From positions 1-53,578 of the IMG/VR virus record IMGVR_UViG_3300040816_000922: a DNA stretch of 53,578 nucleotides. One strand, given 5' to 3'. Position numbers and translations under genes: made by a program. The stretch comes from a virus. Lineage: Duplodnaviria; Caudoviricetes. Positions 1 through 8,100 of the stretch are shown here, one piece after another (the first letter of the stretch is position 1; every line of letters starts with the position of its first letter). The notes beneath the pieces were generated by a model. It was not told the origin of the DNA. It saw only the letters and a list, made by a program, of their open reading frames with translations, and searched no databases.

Positions 1-248
1 GGGGCGGCAAGGGTCCTTCACGCAAATTATCTATACGGCAAAGATGGTCGGTCGCTACCGGATTGTTTCGGTAGACGATGGGTCCAGCCATTGCGTGTCG
101 GTCCCGGCGCATAGCTTCGATATGAGCGACAAGAGCATCAACAAAGCCTTGTCCGCTGCCTATAAATATATGTGCGTTCAGGTGTTCAGCATTCCCCTCG
201 AAGGGATGGAAGACCAGGACGCAGACCACATCGAGCCCTCCCCCCAGC
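1..248. repeat. Direct terminal repeat copy 1 (circular-assembly overlap)
   Basis: 1-248 is identical to 53331-53578, and the ERF reading frame runs through the junction. Confidence 0.97.
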
Positions 249-436
249 TCGAAGCTGCTCCCGATGACGTTGACAAGTTGCGCGACGCCATCCGGGGCAG
301 CGCCTCTCTCGACGATCTGCAAAAGGCATTCGCCACCGCCTATCGCTATGCAGGGAATCGGAAGAAGGCTGAGCTCCAGGAGGAGTTTAAGAGCCTGTAC
401 GACACACGAAAGGCAGCCTTTGAAGAGGCAGCGTAA
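1..436 (+). CDS. erf: ERF-family ssDNA annealing protein, 3' part (gene starts at 53101; ~221 aa in total)
   Basis: C-terminal DKSINKALSAAYKY...FSIPLEG..D.D motif, in frame with the N-terminal part at 53101. Confidence 0.85.
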   Translation, partial: GRQGSFTQIIYTAKMVGRYRIVSVDDGSSHCVSVPAHSFDMSDKSINKALSAAYKYMCVQVFSIPLEGMEDQDADHIEPSPQLEAAPDDVDKLRDAIRGSASLDDLQKAFATAYRYAGNRKKAELQEEFKSLYDTRKAAFEEAA

Positions 437-1365
437 TGGTTGCTGTACAGCAGGGCTCCGAAGCGTGGCATCAGCTACGGGACGGGAAGGTTACCGGCTC
501 TAGGGTCGGCGCCATTCTCGGGCACAACCCGTACCAAAAGCCCGACGCCGTGATGCGCGAAATGGTTCGAGCACACTTCGGTGCAGAGCGGGAGTTTGTG
601 GGCAACGAAGCCACGGCGCACGGGCACATCAAAGAGCCTGAGGCTCGGTCCTTTTACGAGGTACTGACCGGCACCCAGGTCGATGAAACCGACATGATTC
701 AGCACCCCGAGCACGATTGGATCGGGGTGTCTCCTGACGGTCTGGTCGGCATCGACGGGGGATTAGAGATCAAGTGTCCGTATTGGGCTAAGCGCCCATA
801 CACCATGGCGCAGAAGCAGTATTACTACGATCAGGTGCAGCTGTTTATCTGGACCGCTGGCATCGAGTGGTGCGACTTCCTCTGCTACTTCTCGCCGGAC
901 AAGTACCACCTCGAGCGCGTCACCCTGAGCCAAGACTGGATCAAGGAAAGCCTCCCTGTCCTGGAAGCATTCATCCAGGAGTACCAGGCGGTGATCAAGT
1001 CCAGGAAGCGCGCAGAAAAGTATCTCCGGGACGACACCAGCAACGCGGAGCAGGTGCAGGACAGCAGGCTCACGCGCCTGGCGGAGCTGATCCTCGAAGC
1101 GCAGGTGCTCGAAGAGAAGCTAGCCCCCATGACGAAAGAGATCCGCGAGCTCCGCTCGGCGGTCGGAAAAGATCACGGCACTTGCACCAACGGAGTGGTG
1201 CTTGTGAAGGCGGTCCAAAAGCAAGGCGCTGTTGATTGGCAGCGAGTTGCCGAAGCCGCAATGAGCGTCCCCGGTGCCAGGGATGTTGTCGGGGACCTCA
1301 ATAACTGGCGGAAGGAAGGCACTACCGCATACAGCACTGCCCTACTCAAAGGAGATGTCGAATGA
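436..1365 (+). CDS. YqaJ/lambda-exonuclease-family recombination nuclease
   Basis: QGSEAWHQLR, VTGSR, SPDGLV..LEIKCP and YYDQVQ motifs; lies between erf and ssb. Confidence 0.92.
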   Translation: MVAVQQGSEAWHQLRDGKVTGSRVGAILGHNPYQKPDAVMREMVRAHFGAEREFVGNEATAHGHIKEPEARSFYEVLTGTQVDETDMIQHPEHDWIGVSPDGLVGIDGGLEIKCPYWAKRPYTMAQKQYYYDQVQLFIWTAGIEWCDFLCYFSPDKYHLERVTLSQDWIKESLPVLEAFIQEYQAVIKSRKRAEKYLRDDTSNAEQVQDSRLTRLAELILEAQVLEEKLAPMTKEIRELRSAVGKDHGTCTNGVVLVKAVQKQGAVDWQRVAEAAMSVPGARDVVGDLNNWRKEGTTAYSTALLKGDVE

Positions 1366-1766
1366 GTGGCGTCAATAAAGCCATCGTGATCGGAAACCTT
1401 GGGGCTGACCCCGTGGTCCGGCACACCCAGCAAGGCAAAGCCATCGCAAACCTTCGCGTTGCAACGTCCGAGTCCTGGAAAGGTCAGGACGGCTCGAAGC
1501 AGGAGAACACTACCTGGCACACGGTGGTCTGCTTCGGTCGCACCGCTGAGATCGCAGGACAGTACCTTAGCAAGGGCTCCAAGGTATTCGTCGAGGGACG
1601 GATGCAGCACGGGACCTACACCGACAAGGAAGGGAACGAGCGCGCTAGCTTCGAGATCGTCGCTCAGAACCTTCAGTTCCTGGACGCCAAGGGTGGCGGC
1701 GGCGGCAGCGCCCCTGCTCCCAAGCAGGACAACGGCGGTGACTTCAACGACGACATCCCCTTTTAA
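1362..1766 (+). CDS. ssb: Single-stranded DNA-binding protein
   Basis: VNKAIVIGNLGADP, TTWHTVV, KGSKVFVEG and C-terminal DDIPF. Confidence 0.97.
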   Translation: MSGVNKAIVIGNLGADPVVRHTQQGKAIANLRVATSESWKGQDGSKQENTTWHTVVCFGRTAEIAGQYLSKGSKVFVEGRMQHGTYTDKEGNERASFEIVAQNLQFLDAKGGGGGSAPAPKQDNGGDFNDDIPF

Positions 1767-1768
1767 CT

Positions 1769-2149
1769 ATGGCTCTAGTTCTGACCAGAGGAAGGAATCG
1801 AGCTCTCTACCTAGGTGAAGAGCTTGACCCGAGGAACATGGAGGAGACCTTTGATCACAAGGTCACCGTCCTGGATCTGAGTGAGCCCGACCCGGGCTCT
1901 CCCCTATGGGTCAGGCTCGCCATCTCTACGCGCATCGGAGAGGACCTCATTTCGCACGAGGTCGATCTCGATGCCGAAAAGCTTTGGGTGGATCTGTCGT
2001 CAGACAAAGGCACCCCTACAAGAATGAGCCTTGTGAAGGTCGAGAACATGCTTGGGAAAAACCAGGAGCTCGCAGTGTGCGCGCGCCTTGCCTTCGAGGC
2101 TCCCAGGTCGGTGCGGATCATCCGCGACAACGCAGTCAAATGGGACTAA
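1769..2149 (+). CDS. CsrA/RsmA-like protein, about double length
   Basis: N-terminus LVLTR..RALYLGE and C-terminus ARLAFEAPRSVRIIRD match the two ends of CsrA (LILTRRVGETLMIGD / VRIGVNAPKEVSVHRE). Confidence 0.6.
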   Translation: MALVLTRGRNRALYLGEELDPRNMEETFDHKVTVLDLSEPDPGSPLWVRLAISTRIGEDLISHEVDLDAEKLWVDLSSDKGTPTRMSLVKVENMLGKNQELAVCARLAFEAPRSVRIIRDNAVKWD

Positions 2150-2153
2150 GGAT

Positions 2154-2402
2154 ATGGACAAGATCTTTGTTGGTAACGCCTTGGTAGATCTAGGTTCGGT
2201 GGACGAGCCAATCAAGGAAATGATCGTCACCATCCGGGAGATGGATAAAGAGCTGGCGCGAGAGTTTGATCGCATTACCCTGCTCCGGAAATCTAGGAAC
2301 CTTTTGTTTAGCCAGCTCGAGCAGCAGATCCCCAAGCGCCGTGGTCGTCCGCCTCGAGTCGATGCGAAATTCCCCCGGCTAGGCAAGACTCTTTCGATAT
2401 AA
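2154..2402 (+). CDS. Small coiled-coil protein with AT-hook-like KRRGRPPR motif
   Basis: AAGGA RBS before ATG 2154; 82 aa; directly upstream of the integrase. Confidence 0.65.
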   Translation: MDKIFVGNALVDLGSVDEPIKEMIVTIREMDKELAREFDRITLLRKSRNLLFSQLEQQIPKRRGRPPRVDAKFPRLGKTLSI

Positions 2403-2563
2403 GACGGAATCCCTTATGCCAAAACGGTATCAAAACGTTCTGGCTGCACGAATCAGTTTCGTTTAGGTTTAATACATTGCAGAACAGAAGTGGCGTGAAG
2501 CGAATGGATCAACTAGCCTTATCAGCGCATGGCGTTAAGTCCTCTCGAGGAGAGGATAAAACT

Positions 2564-3394
2564 ATGCAGAAAACGTTGGGAAGGGCTGTTGATCGTTGGC
2601 TGAAGATCAGGGAGCGCAAGTGTAAGAACCCGAAGTGGGTTGGCTATGACCGAACCTACACCGCGTTCTTCCTTGAGAAGCTGGGGGCAGACACCCTCCT
2701 CTCTGACATTCGGCGGTCAGACATAGCGGAGATCCGGGATGAAATGCTCGAGGAGCGTTGCCCGGCAACAGTGAACCGCTACATGACCACGCTGCGCTCG
2801 ATCCTAAATATGGCTCGAGATGATTGGGAATGGATTGATCGCGTTCCCAAGATCGAACGGCTGGAGGAGAAGGCAAGGCAGAACTTCATTACCAGGGAGC
2901 AGGCTCGAACTCTGATCGAGCTCTTGCCCGAGCACCTGGCAGCGATGGTTCGCTTTGTTCTCGCCACCGGCTTACGCAGCGCTAACGTTCGCAACCTCCG
3001 CTGGGATCAGGTGGACATCCGGCAGAAGTATCTGGAGATCCCTGGGGAGGAAATGAAAAACGGGAGAGTGTTCTCGGCACCGTTGAACTCGACGGCTATC
3101 GAGGTGCTCCTCGGACAGTACGGGAAACATCAGGAGTACGTTTTCCCGTACAAGGGAAAGCCGGTATCTCAATGCAACACGAGGGCTTTCCGAGAAGCTT
3201 GCCGTAGGGCGGGGATTCCTGGAACCAGGTTCCATGACCTTCGGCATAGCTGGGCTAGTTGGCACATTCAAGCCGGAACCCATACCGCCAAACTCAGAGA
3301 GCTCGGCGGTTGGAGCGACGACAAGATGGTGCAACGCTATGCCCACCTGAACCGACGCCATCTAGAAGAAGATGTGGAGGTCACAGCTTTTTGA
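2564..3394 (+). CDS. int: Tyrosine recombinase / phage integrase
   Basis: Catalytic R (TGLR), K (MKN), HDLRH, GGW, RYAH; GAGGA RBS before ATG 2564; attP immediately downstream. Confidence 0.95.
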   Translation: MQKTLGRAVDRWLKIRERKCKNPKWVGYDRTYTAFFLEKLGADTLLSDIRRSDIAEIRDEMLEERCPATVNRYMTTLRSILNMARDDWEWIDRVPKIERLEEKARQNFITREQARTLIELLPEHLAAMVRFVLATGLRSANVRNLRWDQVDIRQKYLEIPGEEMKNGRVFSAPLNSTAIEVLLGQYGKHQEYVFPYKGKPVSQCNTRAFREACRRAGIPGTRFHDLRHSWASWHIQAGTHTAKLRELGGWSDDKMVQRYAHLNRRHLEEDVEVTAF

Positions 3395-3474
3395 TCTAAA
3401 TGTTTCAGAGACTACAACCTACCATTTGGTTTGGACCCCGAAGGGGTAGGTAAGTCGCTGAATCTATTTAGATT

Positions 3475-3526
<52 letters not shown>

Positions 3527-3560
3527 ACAAATAACTTGTTTGTTTTCAAGGACTTACGCC

Positions 3561-3767
3561 ATGCGAGCAAAAGAAAGAGGTAAGGGGGCAGTCTCTCTCG
3601 ACACCCTCATGGGTCCGCCAAACCCTGCGCTCCGGTCTGATACCTGCCCGGAGTGCTTGGGTGCGGGGGAGATCCCCTTGCCGCTCTCTTTCATGCCAGT
3701 AGCTCGATGCCTTGAGTGCTTTGGAACAGGCGAAGTGCCGCCAATGGATTGGCTCGACGATGCTTAG
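3561..3767 (+). CDS. Small DnaJ-type zinc-finger protein
   Basis: Two CxxCxGxG motifs (CPECLGAG, CLECFGTG). Confidence 0.7.
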   Translation: MRAKERGKGAVSLDTLMGPPNPALRSDTCPECLGAGEIPLPLSFMPVARCLECFGTGEVPPMDWLDDA

Positions 3768-3945
3768 CCTCGTCACCACAGGGATCCTTCTTCTCTGCGT
3801 CGTTTGGTTATCGGTGCGGCTGCACCGGCTCGAGCAAGAGGTCAGCTACATGCTTTCCGATCTGCTCGATTCCCAAATGGAAATCGCGGAGACACTCCAT
3901 GAAAAGCAATTTGGCAGTTACATGCGAGGTGAGGACGTTCTATGA
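3760..3945 (+). CDS. Small membrane-anchored protein
   Basis: N-terminal hydrophobic helix followed by coiled coil; overlaps the preceding gene. Confidence 0.6.
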   Translation: MLSLVTTGILLLCVVWLSVRLHRLEQEVSYMLSDLLDSQMEIAETLHEKQFGSYMRGEDVL

Positions 3946-4144
3946 CATTGAACCGGCTGACGGAGGACTGTCAGTCACAGTAAACACCGACGGCATAAAG
4001 CTCGAGGTGTTCCTAACAGCAGAGGAGGTAGATGAATTTATCGGGCTGGCGAAACTAGCCATGGACACCGCCCAGGCAACAACGAATTTAGAGAGGGGGC
4101 GATCACTCGTCTCCTCCGCCCGCAACCCAAGACCGAACGCGTGA
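3929..4144 (+). CDS. Hypothetical protein
   Basis: GTG start; fills the operon gap; protein-like composition. Confidence 0.5.
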   Translation: MRTFYDIEPADGGLSVTVNTDGIKLEVFLTAEEVDEFIGLAKLAMDTAQATTNLERGRSLVSSARNPRPNA

Positions 4145-4156
4145 GGGGGTGGGCAC

Positions 4157-4444
4157 ATGAGAGGGGAAGGAACGAAGAAGAAGTGGAAGGCTATTGCCTG
4201 GATCCGAGTGCATGGCTGCCAGTTTAGTGTGGAGCAGGCTTCGAGTATCTGGTCCACGCCAGTCGCCACCATGCGGGACTGGTACTGGATTGCTGACATT
4301 CAAAGCCCGGGCAGCCACCACAATAGTTTCTCTGAGGGGCTAGCCAACCGGCTCGCCTCTGCCGCCAGCGGTGACTTTGGCAGGGTGCTGCGCCAGATCC
4401 GCCGGGAGCGAAGAGCAGCACGCAAAGCGCTGGGAGGCGCCTGA
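4157..4444 (+). CDS. Hypothetical basic protein (possible HTH)
   Basis: ORF in tight operon arrangement with a G-rich RBS. Confidence 0.55.
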   Translation: MRGEGTKKKWKAIAWIRVHGCQFSVEQASSIWSTPVATMRDWYWIADIQSPGSHHNSFSEGLANRLASAASGDFGRVLRQIRRERRAARKALGGA

Positions 4445-4446
4445 AC

Positions 4447-4824
4447 ATGGATGTTCGAGAAATGCCTTACGACAAGTTTGTCGGAGCCCTGCTGGCTAGC
4501 CCTGAGTCGGTGAAGCTGAACGTCGAGGTGATGAACCGCGACGAGGTGGATCTCCTGCACGCGGCGGTCGGTATCGCTACGGAGGCAGGCGAGCTCCTCG
4601 ATGCGATGAAGAAGTCGGCGTTCTACGGTCACAAGCTGGACTGGGAAAACGTCCTGGAAGAGCTCGGCGACATATTGTTCTATCTGACGGCGGCGAAGAA
4701 CGTGGTCTCGAAGCGAATGCCCGGGAGGGACATTCAGGCTGAGAACCGCATCAAGCTGTCAAAGCGGTACCCGTCTGGCTCCTTCAGCTCTGCTGATGCC
4801 AGGGCGCGGGCGGACAAGGCTTAG
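4447..4824 (+). CDS. MazG-like nucleoside triphosphate pyrophosphohydrolase
   Basis: TEAGELLD..KK, EELGDILFY and N..KL.KRYP motifs. Confidence 0.9.
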   Translation: MDVREMPYDKFVGALLASPESVKLNVEVMNRDEVDLLHAAVGIATEAGELLDAMKKSAFYGHKLDWENVLEELGDILFYLTAAKNVVSKRMPGRDIQAENRIKLSKRYPSGSFSSADARARADKA

Positions 4825-5026
4825 TGGGTTATCCCCCTACAGGAGAGGGGTGAAGGCATACCTGCGGGGGGATCCGCCCACGGCGAACCCGTACTCGGAG
4901 CTCGAGATTCGCAAGCGTTGCGAGTGGAGCGCGGGGTACTGGGACACAGACACAGAGCAGAACGGTTACCGCCAGGTCTACAGGGTGCCGTGCTGGTCTG
5001 CTGAGAAGTCTGAGAAGCGAGTCTAG
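4796..5026 (+). CDS. Rmf/CrpP-fold small protein
   Basis: YRRGVKAYLRG...NPY......R.EWSAGYWD resembles the RMF pattern RGYQAG..G....CPY......WLGGW. Confidence 0.55.
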   Translation: MPGRGRTRLSGLSPYRRGVKAYLRGDPPTANPYSELEIRKRCEWSAGYWDTDTEQNGYRQVYRVPCWSAEKSEKRV

Positions 5027-5118
5027 CCAGGCTACGGTTTTCAGGTGGACCTTGCACCATGACGGCACCGGCGCTTCTGCCCGTTGCCGCCGGACGGCGC
5101 GGCTCCGACAAGTCGCAT

Positions 5119-5164
5119 GGACCCCCGGGGGACCCCTCCCTCTCCCGCCCCTGGGGGTCCGCTT
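5119..5164. terminator. Hairpin between convergent operons
   Basis: GGACCCCCGGGGG (5119-5131) pairs with CCCCTGGGGGTCC (5148-5160). Confidence 0.55.
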
Positions 5165-8100
5165 TAATCTTCAGCGGTTTCCTTGGTGAAGCGAGCGTTG
5201 AAGCGGCGATACACCTTGTACTCCCGCTCAACCATCTGCTCCTCGTATTCCTCGAAGCGCTCCTCGCTCATGTACTTCTCGGCGCTGCGCTTAGCTTTCC
5301 GGATCGAGCGAAGCTGCTTCTCCGCAGATTTCAAAGCCCCGGCAAGGCGAAGAACGCTGGCGTTCTCTCTTGAGAACTCGAGCCGCTCTTTCCCTCTGAG
5401 GGAATCCTTCTGATCTACGACCCGCAGAATCTCGTTGCGGTTGGTGTAGAAGGAATCCAGGTGCTCGTACTTTGAGGGCTGACCGTAGACTGCTCTCAGC
5501 AAGGGATACTGCCGAGCCTCAAGCTTCTCAACATCGCCAGTAAATGCGGCGCCGCCGAAGTTGATGAGGCGCATCCCAAACCGTCCGGCGCCCCCAGCAT
5601 AGAAGCCAACAATGTGATCGATGGCGTCCGGCGCAATATCAACCATGCCGGGGATATGTTTCTCCCCGCCGCTGATCTCGTTTAAGAACTGAGCAATCGC
5701 AATCGATGCTTCGCTGGTGTTCGGTCGGTGCAGCAAACTGTTCGGCAAATGCTCCTGATTCGGATACCGCCGGGGCAGGATGCTTGAGCCCCAGTGGTTC
5801 TCGTTGATCGCAAGCTGAACCCAGGGCTGAGCAATAGTAGGAGATGCGGACTTGATCGCCGTTCGAGTGATCCCGTTGGGTGACGCGGATACAGACAGTG
5901 GCGAGAAGCTGCCTAGGAACGCTCCGAAAACATTATTCACCGCATCGAGAGGCGTCTTGCGCGGGCTGAATGCCGCGTCCGTCAGCTCCGTCCCAATGAC
6001 ATGGAGCACAGAAAAGCCGTAAGGGAGGGGGATCTTAAAATAATCCTCCCCGTCCAGCGGATTCATGAAGATCATGTTCCGATCTTTCTCGTGCTGAGGA
6101 ATCATGTCGTAGTGGAGATTCCCCTCATCGTCCTCTCCGCTGATCATGCGATTCATCACAGCTAGACCGACCGACACGCCTACGCTCGCCATTGCAAGGC
6201 GCTGCGCAGCCGTCATGGTGCCTTGCTTAGTCTTTCCGGTAAGGCTTCGGATGACGTTCATGTTCCCCTGCACGGCGGCGTTGAAGAACATATAGAACGA
6301 ATTGATCCAGGCGGTAGATTCACCTCGACGGTTAAAGTTGACCGTTAGGTTCTTCGCCAAGTCTGCTGCACGCTCGGCGGACACTCCCTGTTGCCGGGCG
6401 GCGACATAGGCTGATAGCCGGGCAGCGTTCTCGAAAGCGCCGTTAAAGTCCTGGATAAAGTCCATGACCTTTCTGGCGCCGCGCTTGGCGTCAATCATGC
6501 TCGACTTGCCGTTAATCCTAGTAAGCGAGTCGATGCGGCTTGCTTCCTTCTCGAGATCCAGCAGGTTTGCCCAGCCGGTCATGCCGCCGAACTCCCTGAA
6601 CTCTTGGGCGTATCGATCAAACAGGACCTGCTCTGGGGTGCTGCCGCCCTTCCCTCGCGCGCTCCGCCAGAACGCTCGACCGCTAGCGATCCAGTTTTTC
6701 GGGATCTGACCGGCAATCTTTTTGCCCTCAACCCTGCCATCCGAGCGAGTCTGCTCCGCAAGGGCGTTGTACATAGCGGTGAACAGGTCGCGAGGAGCGT
6801 TCACAAGGAAGAAGGCTGGGTTGTATGTCGTCGATAGCTGGGAAAGGGCGCGGGTAAATCCGCCCAGGTACTGCACAACCAGCTTGTTCGCTTCTTCGCT
6901 ATTCGTGGCACCAGCGTTTTGCATGGCGCGATTGACCAGCGGATCCTTGAGCTCGATGAAGTAGGTGCCGCCGTCAATCTTAGCCATCATGAAGCGCTTA
7001 TCGCCGTTATCTTGGCGACGAGCAGTCCGCATATTGATGCGCTGGCGGACGATGCCGCCTCCGGGACCAGGCATCTCCTCGAGGGGACCATTGCCTTCTG
7101 CGTATACCTTCCAGCTCGTGGAGTCCGGGTACTCGAGGGTGAGGTCTAGCATAGAGACCGCCACCTCGTTCTTGCGGATCCGCATCGCCTTTTCTTGAGC
7201 AAGGCGAAGGCTGTTCAAGACGGGGTTAGCAGCCTTGGTTCTCCGACCTAGCGCAGCCATCGTTTCGCTGCCGCCAATAGAGAAGCCTGCGCCGGTCCTG
7301 GCGCCGCCCACGACGGGGGTCTTCATCTCTTCGGCGAAGCCTTGGAGGGGGACGTAGAACTTGAAAGAAGATTCCCACTTAACCTGGGTTTCCTCGTCAA
7401 TCATCCCTGCCTCATTGAGCCGGTCGCGGGCGTCCTGAAGGATGCCGTACATAACCTGGCTAGCCCTGCGGAGCTCCTCCGTCTTGCCCTCCTGGTCGAA
7501 GCGCAGAAGGATCTGATCCGCCTCTTGGTTGGTCATGCCCGATCCGCCATCATCCATCGGCTCAGGGGGCTGGCTTCTTGGGTTCCTGCCTTCCGCCACG
7601 GCTTGCTCGTGGCGCGCAATCGCCTCCCGACGCTTTTCCGCAATGAACTGATTACGCTCAGGGGCGTGCATCGCGTACATATAGAGCCCGAGCTCCTCGA
7701 GGCTAAGCCCGGCGTCCTTGAGGATCGGGACAGCGCGCTCGAACATCTGCTCGATGCGTCGGAAGTCTTCCCCAACCTTCCCGTAGTACAGGGTTTCCTT
7801 TAGGGAAACATCGACAGCCTCGTCAAGCTGGTCTAAACCATTGACCTCTTTGACCTTCTCGAGCTGAAGGCGGACGCGGAGCATCTTGTCCTGGATCTTG
7901 CGAAGGAATGCCTCGGTCCTGGTTTCATCATCCAGGTTGTAGAGGTTCGACGGTTCGCGATCAGAAAGCATTCCGCCTTCTGCCCGGGCGCTCTCGTAGT
8001 TAAAGTTGAGCCCGCTTTGAACAGGGTCGGGAGCTTCGTTTAATTCTGAGCTCTCTCGTGGGATAGCCTGTCCCTGATCTCCGCCCAGCGCGGATTCGGC

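Noticed and set aside
1-248. Terminal repeat as a biological DTR
   Set aside because: It falls mid-gene in erf, which fits an assembler overlap of a circular contig better
7533-7775. Other alternative-frame ORFs inside the giant gene (also 8469-8804 and 10014-10292)
   Set aside because: Ser/Arg-rich shadow translations over well-formed host domains with no RBS, unlike the two accepted nested ORFs
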